Of a DNA stretch of 64,000 nt, positions 23,674 to 35,799 are shown in pieces. The first letter of the stretch is position 1, and each line of letters begins with the position of its first letter. Made by a program: the position numbers and the translations under genes. The DNA lies in assembly GCA_900088475.1 (NCBI GenBank), contig FLMG01000988.1, forward strand, positions 1 to 64,000, read 5' to 3'. Source of the stretch: Hyphochytrium catenoides (lineage: Eukaryota > Protista > Hyphochytriomycota). The notes below the pieces were generated by a model. That model saw nothing but the letters and a program-made list of their open reading frames with translations, made no database searches and was not told where the DNA came from.

Positions 23674-25597
23674 CGTAGCTCCTGGACTTCACGCCGATGG
23701 CAAACAGATCTCAGGGCCGAGTGTCCCTTTTCCCATCGATCCGTCTAGTACTGCTGGCAGACGTCTCGCTGCTTGACTTGTCTTCGAGTACGTTCCAATA
23801 ATGTTCAAACCTTAACCCACGTCACCGGTTAAGATCTCGGTACGCTTGAAGTCACCAAGCAAGAAGGAAAGAAGTCGGCGCACAGCACGCTCTAGCTCTT
23901 TGGCCTCTATAGAACTGTCTTTCGCTGCTTTTTTAAGTCGTCTTCTTCGGCTTCTACTTCCGGCTTACTGCTTGCTGCAAGGCAGGAGCTAATGCAGGTG
24001 TTAGGCTGCGGCCACACTTTCCGACGAAACGCATTCTTTCTTCTTGCTGCTACATCGAGTGCCCGCTTCCTCGTTTTTTGATTACCCTCTCATGACTGAG
24101 CCCGTTCTCAATGAGCCGTAGGCCCAAAGAACAGGGCGTAGATGGACGATGCAACGAATGTCCAAGCAACCAAGAGACGAAGAACGGTCAAAACTATAGA
24201 GAACAGACGATCCTTAGTTGAAAGCGAGGAGAGACAGAGATAGACCCGGAACGAGGAGAAACACGCGGTACTTAGGCAGACAGAGAGACGAAAGAGAGAG
24301 AGATCAGCCTCGAGGTAGAGTTAGAAGAACGAATGAAAGATGTCTGGCTCATCACACTGAACAGAGGTGGGGAGGGCATGCCCGTCCCCGCAGCTGAATA
24401 GAGACTGTTCCGCGTATCTCATTTCCTCTCTATCTCGACGGCCCTTTCATCTCTTCTCCCTATCTTCCTGTCTCTTTAAGGTATATATCTACCTTTTTTC
24501 CTCTCTCTTCACTGCTCTTCCTCTCTCCAGCTGCTTACCTCACCCATGCTCTGACTAGAGAACTGTGTCGCCTGTCTCATGAAGTACCTTCCCCATCTGA
24601 TCCTCACACCACGCCCACCCATCCCATCCAAATTATTTACAAGGTTCTTGACACTACCCGTTCGCCCAGTTGCTCTAGTAAAAGCATAGGATGGGTGTTC
24701 AGACTTTCGTACGACCTCGTACTTCGGTGTGCAGTAACTGACATCCGTCGTTGTGGTGGGCGAAAACGAGCGGTTATTATTTTGTTGTCACAAGGGAAGA
24801 TTGCAGATTGGGGGGGGAGGTGGGCTGCTGAGTGTGAAGTGTGAAGAGCAGGCCAAAGAGGTAGAGGACTGGGAGAGAGAGGGAGATTGCGAGGTTTGTA
24901 GGAATATAACTGGCAGACAGAGGGAGCCACAATGAAGCAAAAGAGGGATCGTGATATCCCAATGAGATAGATCTTGAGTGAGAAAGAGCAAGAGAGGAGA
25001 GGGCCAGGACCACAACTTATCTAACAGACAGACAGAGTATGATGGGGTCATAGAACACAATAAGAAGTAGGAACTCAATAGATAGGAGAGCGAGAAAGGA
25101 GGATGAAGCACGATCGCTCTTTCAAAAAGAATCATCGTCATGGCGGCGATGATCTGCTGGCGGCGAAAGATTTTTTGACGGGAGAGGAGTGATAAAAGAG
25201 AAAGAGGTCGGGCCTGGCCTTCCTTGTGGCCGGTGTGAAAGGCCCGTCATTATCCCGCTAGTTATGGACGCTTTTGGACAGATATTATGCTTCGAACAGA
25301 AGAGACGCAGCCGACGGTAAATTAGTCAACACACACGAAGTGCATAGACCTTTTATCAAGAGACAGCTTCTCTGGCAGCCTTGAAAGACTGTGCGGAAAC
25401 ACATCCGTACAGTTAGGAAAGTTCCTTTAGATGTGATGCTCCCTTTGAAAGTCAGATGTGGGCAAATACAAAGACTTCCGGCAATTAATTGCGGATCTTC
25501 TGGCTTGAGCTCCATCAGAGTTGTGAAGAAATTAGTGTCACATCTTTCTTCTTCTACTTGCACAGCACCATTGTTGGGTTAACACTTGAGCCCCTCT

Positions 25598-25993
25598 CTA
25601 CTTCATAATTTGCTTCGCTCTCCCGCATTTTCGCATGGGCCGAGTCCGTCTGCGTTTTTTATGGCTTGAACGCGAATACCCATAATGATTTTTCATGGTC
25701 TCCCAGTGGATGGCGATGATAGGGTCGATTCCATGGTAGAATAGTGACTCGCTATGAAGCTTGAAGCGTAGGACAACGCTTCCTACTTCATCATTGCTTC
25801 GCTCCCGCATTTTCGCATGTGCCTAGTCCGTCTGCTTTATGGCTTGAACGCGAATACCCATAATCCATAATGAATTTTCAAGGTCTCCCAGTGAATGGCG
25901 ATAGGGTCGATTCCATGGTAGAATAGTGACTCGCGATGAAGCTTGATTCAACCAAGGACCAAGGACTAGAGCTTTGATGAAGCGTGGGACAAC
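25598..25993. repeat. Degenerate tandem duplication of about 185 bp
   Basis: CTACTTCAT..GGCTTGAACGCGAATACCCATAAT..GATAGGGTCGATTCCATGGTAGAATAGTGACTCGC..GGACAACG occurs at 25598-25778 and 25783-25993. The copies differ by small indels and one insertion of about 30 bp. Confidence 0.93.
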
Positions 25994-26665
25994 GAGTAAG
26001 TAGTCTCTTAAAGAGAGAAGAATGAAGAATGCTGGGATCTGAGTGGATACGGAAGGGCAGGGCAGGGTCTACAGGAAAGAGAGGAACGACAGTTGAAAAG
26101 AATTCTGACCAGGATGAGCAAGCTAAATTGAGACGTTGCAAGACAAAAGCACTCGTCTCCCTGGTGCAGAACTTTCTATGAAGCCAATCACACAGATGTG
26201 AAGGGGAAAGAAGGAGAGCGATGGCGTAAACTGCTATGATCAGTAGTTACTGTTTTACCATGGACAGATCCATATTCAACAGAGCGGACAGGAATTGCCC
26301 TTGCCTGTCCTCCATGGTTCTTCAGATGGCGAATAGCGCGGTCGTTAGCTGAAAGTCTCATAAAATAGACTAGCAGATAGCTATAAGAAACTGGTTGATG
26401 GAGAGGACGCAACAATCAGCGCCCTCAGCATGAAGCCCTCTCCTCTCACTACAACCATGATAAGGACCCTAGAAGATGCGTACGTCTTTCAAGGGAGCCT
26501 TCCGCGAGATCAATAGGCGCTTTCTCAATCACTTCTGCCGTGCGCTCCTAGCAAGTCCACAGCTAAAAATGGAGAAATGGTAAAGGGAACGAACTCGTCG
26601 TCGAATCTGCGCCTCCATCCCTTGACGTCGCTATGATACCGTTGGCAGGCGGACGGGTCGTGAAG

Positions 26666-27571
26666 TTAGCGGCTGATATCCTCTAGCTTTCTCTTATGCG
26701 AAGACTCCGTGCCGAGCTTGATTTCAATCTGCTTTGGAGCGATGTTGAAATGTCGACTGTGCCGTGGAGATTCAGGCTTTATAGTCACACTGCCGCCGGC
26801 GCCTTCGGCCTTTCTCTGCAATAAGCGAATGTAGCTGTTAGCAAAGAGACCGAATGCCACCCGAAATATAGCAGAAAGGTACTTACACTTCGCATGCTGA
26901 TATTGGGTGAAGCGAGGCAGAGTTCTGGTGGTGGTAAGTGAGGCCCGATCTTGTCGGGAATGGGTGGTAAAGGAATTACGTTTCTCAGATCTGCTAGCTC
27001 TAGGAGAAGCTGCGTGACATCCACAAGATTAGTCATAGGTTATTGTTGCATCCCATACAGCCACCTACATCTCTGGGTGGTGGCTCTTGGGTACTGAAGT
27101 TTGACCTTGACTTGACCGCAAGCTTGACGTCCTCGACATTGATTTCCTACATGTACAATATGAGTCTCTGATGTCGTCTTGCAGGGCAACAACCTGTCAT
27201 GGCGCCCTACCTGTCGGTCGGCGAAGGAAGAGAATTCTTGAGCTTCTGTGAGAACCTCTGAGATGTATCCTGGCAATGAAGAAGACATGAGATTAGCTTC
27301 TCCAAGCAAACCTCAAACCAGCAATAATATAACGTACGATGCATGTACTCAAGGAGCTGATGCACGACTTTGCTGTCGTACTTGGTCTCCCCCATCGTAT
27401 GCAACACATGTGTCTGAAAAATGCACTTTAGTTTCTGGCAGTAGCTATCAGGCAACCCAAGCATACCATCAGTTTTGCATCTATTGGGGCGCTCTTCGTG
27501 TCAATTGTCTTAGACAGAGAAGGTTTGGAGCCTTCAGACTTTGTCGGATGAGCTTTGGGTGACGTAGCCAT
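26666..27571 (-). CDS. TAF9: Transcription initiation factor TFIID subunit 9 (histone fold), multi-exon
   Basis: The spliced product reads APIDAKLM|THVLHTMGETKYDSKVVHQLLEYMHR|YISEVLTEAQEFSSFADR|EINVEDVKLAVKSRSNFSTQEPPPRD|LLLELADLRNVIPLPPIP..GPHLPPPELCLASPN, matching the TFIID-31kDa family pattern. Confidence 0.93.
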
Positions 27572-28206
27572 GGCTCAGCCTTCTCCAGGTTGCCGCCGTC
27601 AATCACGCCCAAAGATTATCAGATCTCGCCCTTTCTTCACTACCACATACCGCTACCGCCGTCAGAGCAAACCCCCGAAAGCTATTGCCCAGAAAGCTCC
27701 ACGACAGGCAAGCTTCAGGCCCAGATGATGACTGATTCGCCGAACATCGAGACTCAAACATGTCTGCAACTACGGGAAGAAGGAGGTGATCATCAAGAGA
27801 TGAAGACCGACTTGCCAACTTGCTACCGTACAGGTACCAAGTACAACTAGCACTTCCTTGTACTTGTACCCCTTGTACTTGAAACAAACGCCAGGCTGTA
27901 CCACGAATGTACCCCAGTACTACGTTCTACAACAACGCGCACTCTTTCTACAGCAAATTGCCCCAAAATGCTCTCAATAATTCCGATAGATTGATCTTCC
28001 CAGTTCCTCAAGAGAGCAATAGTCTCTTTATCGATGTTGTGGAAACATTGAGGCAAATGGCAACTTTAATCCTTAGAACAGCTTTTTTACGAGCTACGAG
28101 TAAGAAAAGTGCTCGAGGCCTTTAAAATAGCTCTTGTTATTTTATACTCCTATTTTACCGTTTGTTATAAAGAGGGAGAATAGCTACTACCTATAACTGC
28201 GAGGTA

Positions 28207-28248
28207 AAAGAAGAAGAAGAAGGAGAAGGAGGAGGAGAAGAAGAAGAA
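28207..28248. repeat. (GAA/GGA)n trinucleotide tract
   Basis: AAGAAGAAGAAGAAGGAGAAGGAGGAGGAGAAGAAGAAGAA, read directly. Confidence 0.85.
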
Positions 28249-28603
28249 TGACAGAAAAATCAAGAAGAAGAGACAAGAGAAGCTATAAAATTTTCGTCTC
28301 GTCCTCAGCTCGATATATTTATGCTGCTCTCTTCGAGGAAATGATGATAAATGAGAGTGACCGTAGTCCGCTGACTGCTACCTTTATTTCCTCCATGATA
28401 GACGAGAAGGCTCTATGAGAACGACGAGGTGGCCAACTCATATTTGCATCATATCACTTCTTTACCGCGACGCCTCCCCTCCATTCGGTAATCAAGAACC
28501 ATGCAGAGGTTTAGAAGCAAACATGAAGTCGCAAAGACACGTTCCAAGACGACAGCAGTGGTAAGGAAACAAGAGAACATAACTTTCTCTATTAAAGCTT
28601 CCC

Positions 28604-28659
28604 TTATTACATCTCCATCGTCATCTATATTATTACATCTCCATCGTCATCTATATTAT
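28604..28659. repeat. Perfect 26-bp tandem duplication abutting the aldo/keto reductase stop codon
   Basis: TTATTACATCTCCATCGTCATCTATA occurs twice, followed by TTAT. Confidence 0.95.
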
Positions 28660-29895
28660 GGTACACAATGCCCCTCTGAAGCAGCAAGGGCTCGGAACCA
28701 GTCCTCGCGACTCATTTCGATGTGGACGCCAGTGGCGTAGTCCGCGACACGAACAAAGTTAGTGCTACCTAGAATGGGTAGGATACCAGAGGGATGCTTG
28801 GCGAGCCAAGCCACACAGAGGGCTCCAACACTGGCATTGTTGTATCGTCCTGACATGTCTTCAAGGGCCTTCCGCAACCGTACAAATCTCTCCTCTTTGG
28901 AGGTAAAAATGCCGCCGCCGCCAAGGGGCGACCACGCCTGAGGTTTAATCCGGAACTTCTGGCACTGATTGAGAGTGCCATCATAGATAGTATGCAAGTC
29001 CGAGACGCTCACCGAAACCTTAGGCCAAAAAATGAGTCAGTAAATTGCAGAAGGAGGTGAGGAAACGTGACGAATGGGGTATGATAGAGTAGGATGGGGC
29101 ACCACCTCACCTGATTAGTGACTAGCTTGAGACCCTGCTGCTCCATAGCAGTTTGAAGCAGGTCGAACTGAATGGGAGTGAAATTTGATACACCAAAGTA
29201 CTTCACTTTGCCATCTTCTTTAAGTCCCTTAAACGTCTCCGCAATCTCATATGGGTCCATGAGCATGTCCGGGCGGTGAATCAGCAGCAAGTCGATGGTA
29301 TCAATCTTCATATGCTTCAAAGAGTTCTCCACAGAAAGCAGAATGTGCTGGAAATGGTGATCAGCAATTCTGGCCAGAGAACACGAGGCACGATCCGGGT
29401 AACTGATCCTCACATACCTCCTTGGAAGTGTCATACATCTTCAAATTGTATGGAACTGGACAATTGGGTCCGTGCAGTATAATGTCGCACTTCGTAATAA
29501 TCTGCACCTGCTCCCGGATCTCAGGGTATTTTGTGAAAACCTCTCCAAGTGCAGCCTCGACTGTGTAGTCCCCATAAATATCTGCCGTGTCCAGCGTCGT
29601 CATCCCTAATGACCAAAACAGACACACTCATTCAACAAACGACAAGCAGTGACTGAGAGGCAGCAGGTGAGGCTTTGTACCTATGTCAATGCACTTGCGG
29701 AGCAGGTCGGCGATCTCATCGGTGCTCAGATTAGAGCCCCAGCTGGAGATGATATAATTAGCTGCTAGCTATTGCTGTACGAGCTGATGAAAAGCATCCT
29801 TACCTTGTAAGATTCATGGTACCATAAATAACCTTAGACACCCTCAAACCCGAAAGGTCTGTATCATCAATCGGAACAAGAGGGATCTTCGCCAT
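28656..29895 (-). CDS. Aldo/keto reductase, YdhF/YcsN-like; 5 exons
   Basis: Motifs: VSKVIYGTMNL..GMTTLDTADIYGDYTVEAALG..QIITKCDI..YDTSKEHILLSVENSL..IDLLLIHRPDMLMDP..GKVKYFGVSNFTP..LVTNQV..AWSPLGGG..WLAKHPS..MSREDWF..GHCVP*. The D-Y-K-H catalytic tetrad is intact, and four GT-AG introns keep the frame. Confidence 0.95.
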
Positions 29896-30899
29896 CGTAG
29901 AGCTGAGGTTCTGGTACTATCTCTTGCTTATCGTGCGGTGAAGACAACTAAAAATCTCTGCTCAAATAGAAAAGTGGCGAGGGTTGTTATAATAGGCAAC
30001 TAAAGCTGCCCTGCTTAATTTAATGAGGTTGCTGGGGCGTATGTCATCTACCCCGTTTGCTTTTGCAACCACAGACTAACGCTGTCATCTTCAAGGGCTG
30101 TCCTGTGGGTGGTCAAGTCTTGCTTTCTGCTTGGAGTGTACGGGTGCCGCCTTCACATAGCCAGTTGCTCCACTCCAACAGGTTAGCAAGCAGGCAATAA
30201 ATGCTGGTTCTAGTGCTCCGCGAAGAAAGACCACCCCCATCATCACCTTCAACAAGTGCTTTCTTCTGCTCTTTTCTGTGGTAGTTCTAAAACACTCATC
30301 TTCACAGGATTTCTCTCTGTCCAAGCAGCGTTGAACGCACGACAAACTCAGCGTTGATGCTATTTCTCTCATTTCTCTGTGTCTCACTCTAGACCCCATA
30401 TTCACTCTTTTTATCAGTAGAGATAAATCTCTTTCATTCTCTGTCTGAACTGCCCTTCGACCCTCGTTTACCTCCTTCCCAAGCCCAATTTTCTGACTCT
30501 CTTGAGTAATCTGCCTACAATCAAGTTCCAACACCCTTTCCTTCCTCCATCAAGATGATTGGACAACTCACGTAACAATACGCCACAGGCACCTATCTAT
30601 AGTTATAGGCCCGGACCATTATTACGACATGTGGATTCTACCTGTCAGAACCTCAGCACCAGAAGACAACCAATATTCCTTTTTACCGGACACTTCCTTT
30701 CTTTCTCACTGTACATTGGGGGGGAGCCCTCGCGTTGTACCAGCATCATCATCACGCTTTCGTTGTCTTCAACCAAAGAAGTCTGAAAGCTTGTTTGCGA
30801 CTGACTTTGAAGGCTTTACCTTGTACGAGTACAATCCTAGTATAGTTCTATAGTAGTAGGAGAGACAATACCAAGAATACTCCTAGGGAGATGAAAGCA

Positions 30900-32150
30900 C
30901 GCGCTTTCACTGTTTATATAACTATGGTGCCATTTGCAACCCTATGAACACCACAGGCAGTGGCAGAATCCAGCCCGCAGGGCTCAGGGCGACAGATGAT
31001 AGAACAGGGAGAAAAGCGATAAGGATCCGCCCAAGCAAAGCACCAACAAGCAACATCATCAGCCAGCTCGATAATCTATACAATTGAACTCACACTTTGT
31101 GATGAAAAAAAGCTCATATGAGCGCTCAACGCCTTTCTTAAAGTTACCTCGAGGCCTCTGCATAGACCGAAGAGGTGGCCGCATTTTCAGGCTGTCTGTA
31201 CTCGCTGCCTCTGCGGTGATAATGCGTTACAACTCCCCTGGCCGCTTATATAAGAAGATACGGCAGCGGGTAGTGCTTGTCGTGAGCGTGATAACATCAC
31301 CATTTTTAATGCTGCTGCAACTCTGCCACCTTTTGAAGAGAATTTTGTTGAGAAGGAATGTGCGGCATGCTGCCGTGAATTGTCACGAAACCACATCAAG
31401 TTACATAGCTGGGACTTCCGGCCTTCAGCTCTCAAGATCGTCCGTTGTAGTGTTATTTGGTGCTCCTCAAATTGCTATTATTATAACGAAAACGAGGAGC
31501 TAGTGGATCATAGGATCTTCTGTCTTCAACGTGATCGCCTCTCCATACCACCAGCTCATTGCCGTATGCCCTAAACTTACCTTTTCACCATGGCATTGCG
31601 TATGAAGAGGCAGAAGAACAATTCATAAGTGGAGACAGTTTGATGACAACTTGGGCAACAATTACTCTCGATTGGGCACTTAATAATGTATTATGCAAGC
31701 TTTCATTAAAGAGAGCGGCATCCGACTTTAGCTCAGGTGTGGGATTGGATCAGATCACGGCGCGAGGCTCCTGGCTTAGAAGCTGCCCGTCTATGATGAA
31801 ATCAGCGTCGATCATAGGAAAGAAGTATCTTGAGATCATCATTTCCAACCCTTTTACCAGAGTTTGCGTACTACCGGAACCGGTAAGCTGTGAAAGGAGA
31901 AGAGGTTGAAGCTACTCTACTACTACCAAGGAGGATGGGAAAGATCAAGAAGATCCCTCAGACCAAGCGTACTCTAGGGAATGGATGGGTATTCACAGAA
32001 GGACCACCACGTAATAAGAGCAGCAGTATTGCAGTAACTTCCATTCACCGGTGCACTCTCAAAGGAAGAGGGTTCTCCTGCTCTTTTCCAATAACTACTT
32101 GTACTCGTTATCGACCGCCGTCTGGACCTGAGACTGCGCTCAGAGATTGA
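30900..32150 (-). pseudogene. Possible decayed coding sequence, tentatively glycosyltransferase-like
   Basis: Protein-like but stop-interrupted minus-strand frames, including RYFFPMIDADFII (a DxD after a hydrophobic strand, 31812-31798). No intact gene could be built. Confidence 0.2.
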
Positions 32151-33592
32151 GCATCAGATGAAAAGTCAGTCAGTTTGACAGAACACGGCTGGAGTAGGAA
32201 CTATGAACTTTTAGAATGAGCTCATGCAATCGGAACTCGGAACAACGATGCCATGACCCAGCATCAAGCCAGCTATCAAGCCTCGTATTACAGCAGTCAG
32301 AAGCCAAGGACAAAGAACAAAGAAGAATGCAAGGAGAGAATAGAAGATTTGATGAAGCTTGAACTGAACCATCCACCACCATCCATCCACTTTCTAGTCA
32401 CTGCACAAGTCCATTATTATTATTGGTGTATGCTGGAGAGAACGAACCTCTTTAGTTCCAAGAGTGATCCGCACGATCTGTACAGAAACTACAACTACAG
32501 TCTCTAATAAAATCTTACCATAGAAGATCCTCTATAATACAGCTCCAGTTGGCTGGGCTGGAGCCGAAGAGGGATGTAAGATGTGTGGCACTGTCTGTAT
32601 GCTCTAACTGTTAGTCATTATCGCCGTTAACGCCCCGCCACCATCACGAAACGGCATTGGGAGAGTGGCCTGTCTGCTGATGGTGAGAGACAGAGGTGGA
32701 GGAGGAGGAGGAGGATGGGACGGAGGAGACATGAGAGATGTGGAGTGCAGGAGAGTGGACTCCGGAGTAGTATGTCATGAGTTGCTGCCGGGACTGTGCA
32801 TTCTTGGGCCTTCAGATGTCGCCAGGGAACGCTGATGATAGATAAGAAAGGAACGCAGGCATTCCGTCGTCCTAGTAGTGCGTGGTTCCTGCCTCTTCCA
32901 GTAACCCTTCGGCTACGGTCGTGTTCGTCCGCTCAGCAGCAAGCTTTGCCATCTCTTCCCTAGCAATTGTGTGCACATGGCTGCCACGACTTCAGGGCGA
33001 TCTTCACCTTATCTTGTTGACGTTGACATCGCCACTACCTTTCTGACCAATTACCACGTTGCTCATCAACATGCTGCTTTGCCTCTTAAGTGAGTAGCAT
33101 CTTACGTATCTGATGTCATCCCGAAGGCAACAAAAAGCCAGGCACGAGGATGATGGCATAAGGGCCTGGTAGAACCATAAGGTGCCAGTAGCCTGGATCA
33201 ACTCTGACCGATCTACCAGTCTACAATCATTAGCCTTGTGCAACCAGCCACCACGAGATCCTAATTTTGAGAGCATACTGTCAAGAAACGAGAGTCCAAC
33301 GCTTGGCTATAGCGCTTTGAAGAAGTCTCGACTTCTGGGGTAGATCGATGCCTTCATCCCTTTTTGGAAGCCCAGAGTGGCTCGATTTGTGCTAGCTCAA
33401 TACGCCTTCTTCCAGTCATGCAGAGATTAAAAGTAGCCTGGAGCACTCTGCTCAACCGCTTAACGCCTGCTTTGGACTTGCCCTTCTATACAGGTATTAA
33501 TAGAGAGAGTACATGAAGGCAATGATGCTACTCTCCCATGCCTTTCTTCAATTTTAACGGGTTCATTCTGCGTTGCACTTTACCTTCTGCGG

Positions 33593-35727
33593 ATGTTAAG
33601 CGAGTCCCATGGTACCCCTGTTACAGTCGTACAACCGCCCACCTTGAGGGCTTGTCCTTGAGATTGGTGATAGTCTTCTAAACCTACCTTCTTGTACATT
33701 ATCTTAGCTTTCTATGGTGGTGACATCTGTGAGGCCGCGTGGGCCGGGGACTATGACCTGGTCGAGACATTTTTGAAGCGTGGGGCTGACCCCAATGAGA
33801 CTCGTGCCTTGGATAGGAACAAGGTGGGGTGATTAATCACTTTCCTGCTGCTTTTGTTCTCCAAAGCTTACTTGACTCAATGATCTTCTGACTGCGGGTC
33901 GTGGTCTGTTTTTCTCTACAACTCCACGTCGACTACTTCTTCATTCCTCTTCTATGTCGACTGCTCCTTCATTCATTCCTTTGCGTCCTAGGATAAGGAA
34001 GGAAAGAAGAAGAGAAAGATGCGTGATTACCAAGAAACTCCCTTATATTATGCGATCAGGTACTTCCTTTCCATGAGCATAGTAAGAGAAGGAACGAGGA
34101 GTATTGGTTCCTAGGCTTATTGGCTGCTGACTCTGGCCGGCTTCTCCTCCTCGTTCATGGTGTTGGTGAAGAGGTAGCATTGACAGAGAGAAGAAGAAAG
34201 TTAATCAACCGTATGAAAGTGAAAGGCACTACAGGACATGTCAGGTCCTCGTCCGTTATGGAGCCAAGATAGAAGCCCGCAACATGGTAAACTCTCCACA
34301 ACAATCACGCTCTTTCGCTTCAGAAAGAGAGGGTGGGAAGCTGGGTCCTTCATAGAGGCGTCTCGCCACACTACGCTCTAATATGTCGCACTAACTCTTA
34401 CTCCTTGGTCATCAGCTGCGTCAAACTCCACTTATGCTTGCATGTGCGGTTGGAAACTTCTCGCTCGTGAAGTATCTTCTCAGCCTGGGTGCGGACGTAA
34501 ACAAGCATGATAACGTAAGCATAATAGAAGAGACTTGAATGCTATGAACAGCAAGGTAGAAGAAGGAGGAGAGGCGGTAAGATTGTCGGGTCGAAGAGGG
34601 GTCGGGGATCATAGCGAAGAGGGATTATGTGAATACTAGCCAGATGCAAGTTGAGGTCCATCTCTGAAGTACAATGCTTGCCAATATCGTTTGGTGCTGC
34701 TAGCATAATTGGCATTATCGTGGCCCAAAGTCACGGCGGAGATCGTCAAGATCATGCCTCATAACAATTGCTAACTGCTTCATTTGTATCCCATGCGGGC
34801 AATCGTCAGGCGAGTTACACTGCCTTGCACTGGGCTCTGTTTGGGGCTGTAGGGAACAAGAAACTGCACTTGCAGGCTTTTGTCGAAACAGAGAAAGCTC
34901 TAACCATAGCTAAGCTTCTTCTGGAGCACAAAGCTCCAACCCTTCCAAGGAACTCAACAAACTGGATAGTAGAGGTAAGTCCCAGTTATGCTCTATGTTA
35001 CCCTTTTGAAGAAAATCGAAGCAGCCCTACTCCTAAACCCTTCCCAACGGGCAGGACTCTGACGTTCTAGAACTTGCGAGGCTCGTTCCAGGAGCTAGCA
35101 AGATCATAGAAGAGGCAAGGTCTAAAGAGACCGAAGCAGCTGGAGCACTGCCTGCTGTCATTACCTTATCACCTTCAGGTAATTGTTTGCAGCATTCCTA
35201 TTGGCCCACAATATCAACCCTCCTCTCTATGTGAGGCTTCTTCGGCACTACCTTTACCTCTAAAATTGTGATGCGGTGAATCGATACAGAGGCTTCTAGG
35301 GCCATTCCTCGGCGGCAAGATGCCTCGAAGGCTAAAACACAAGCAGTACGAGAGATACGGGTACCCGTGAAAGGGCATGGCAAGGGCTCACAAAGAATTC
35401 AAGGACGAAAAGCGTCCATGGGAGTCTTCGAAACTGAAGAGGAAGAAGAGAAGAAGAATGAGACTCCGTGGGCGCAGGGAGACTCTAACAGGCAGTGGAA
35501 GAGACAAGGTCAGAGTCAAGGGCTGTCACTTCACAGATTCCTACTCGTATTAAACATAGTTCCAGCACCCATCGTTGTCTCCTTGGGTCTGACGTCGTTC
35601 TTCTATTCTTCTCCTTTGACTAACAAAAGTACCATTAAATTGGCTCTTTCTGCATAAATGTAGGTTATCTTCAGTGGGTAGCTGCTCGTCATCCTGGCGA
35701 GGCCATTCACCCCGAGATATGGGATGA
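33593..35727 (+). CDS. Ankyrin-repeat protein, multi-exon
   Basis: Exons encode ICEAAWAGDYDLVETFLKRGADPN, ETPLYYAI, VLVRYGAKIEARN, QTPLMLACAVGNFSLVKYLLSLGADVNKHD and YTALHWA..IAKLLLEHKA. The start and the last exons are tentative. Confidence 0.85.
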
Positions 35728-35799
35728 AGCCACCGAGATAATGCGCAAGATGAGGGAGGAGCAAGAGTAAGAGAATAAATATGAACACTACTCTGACGC

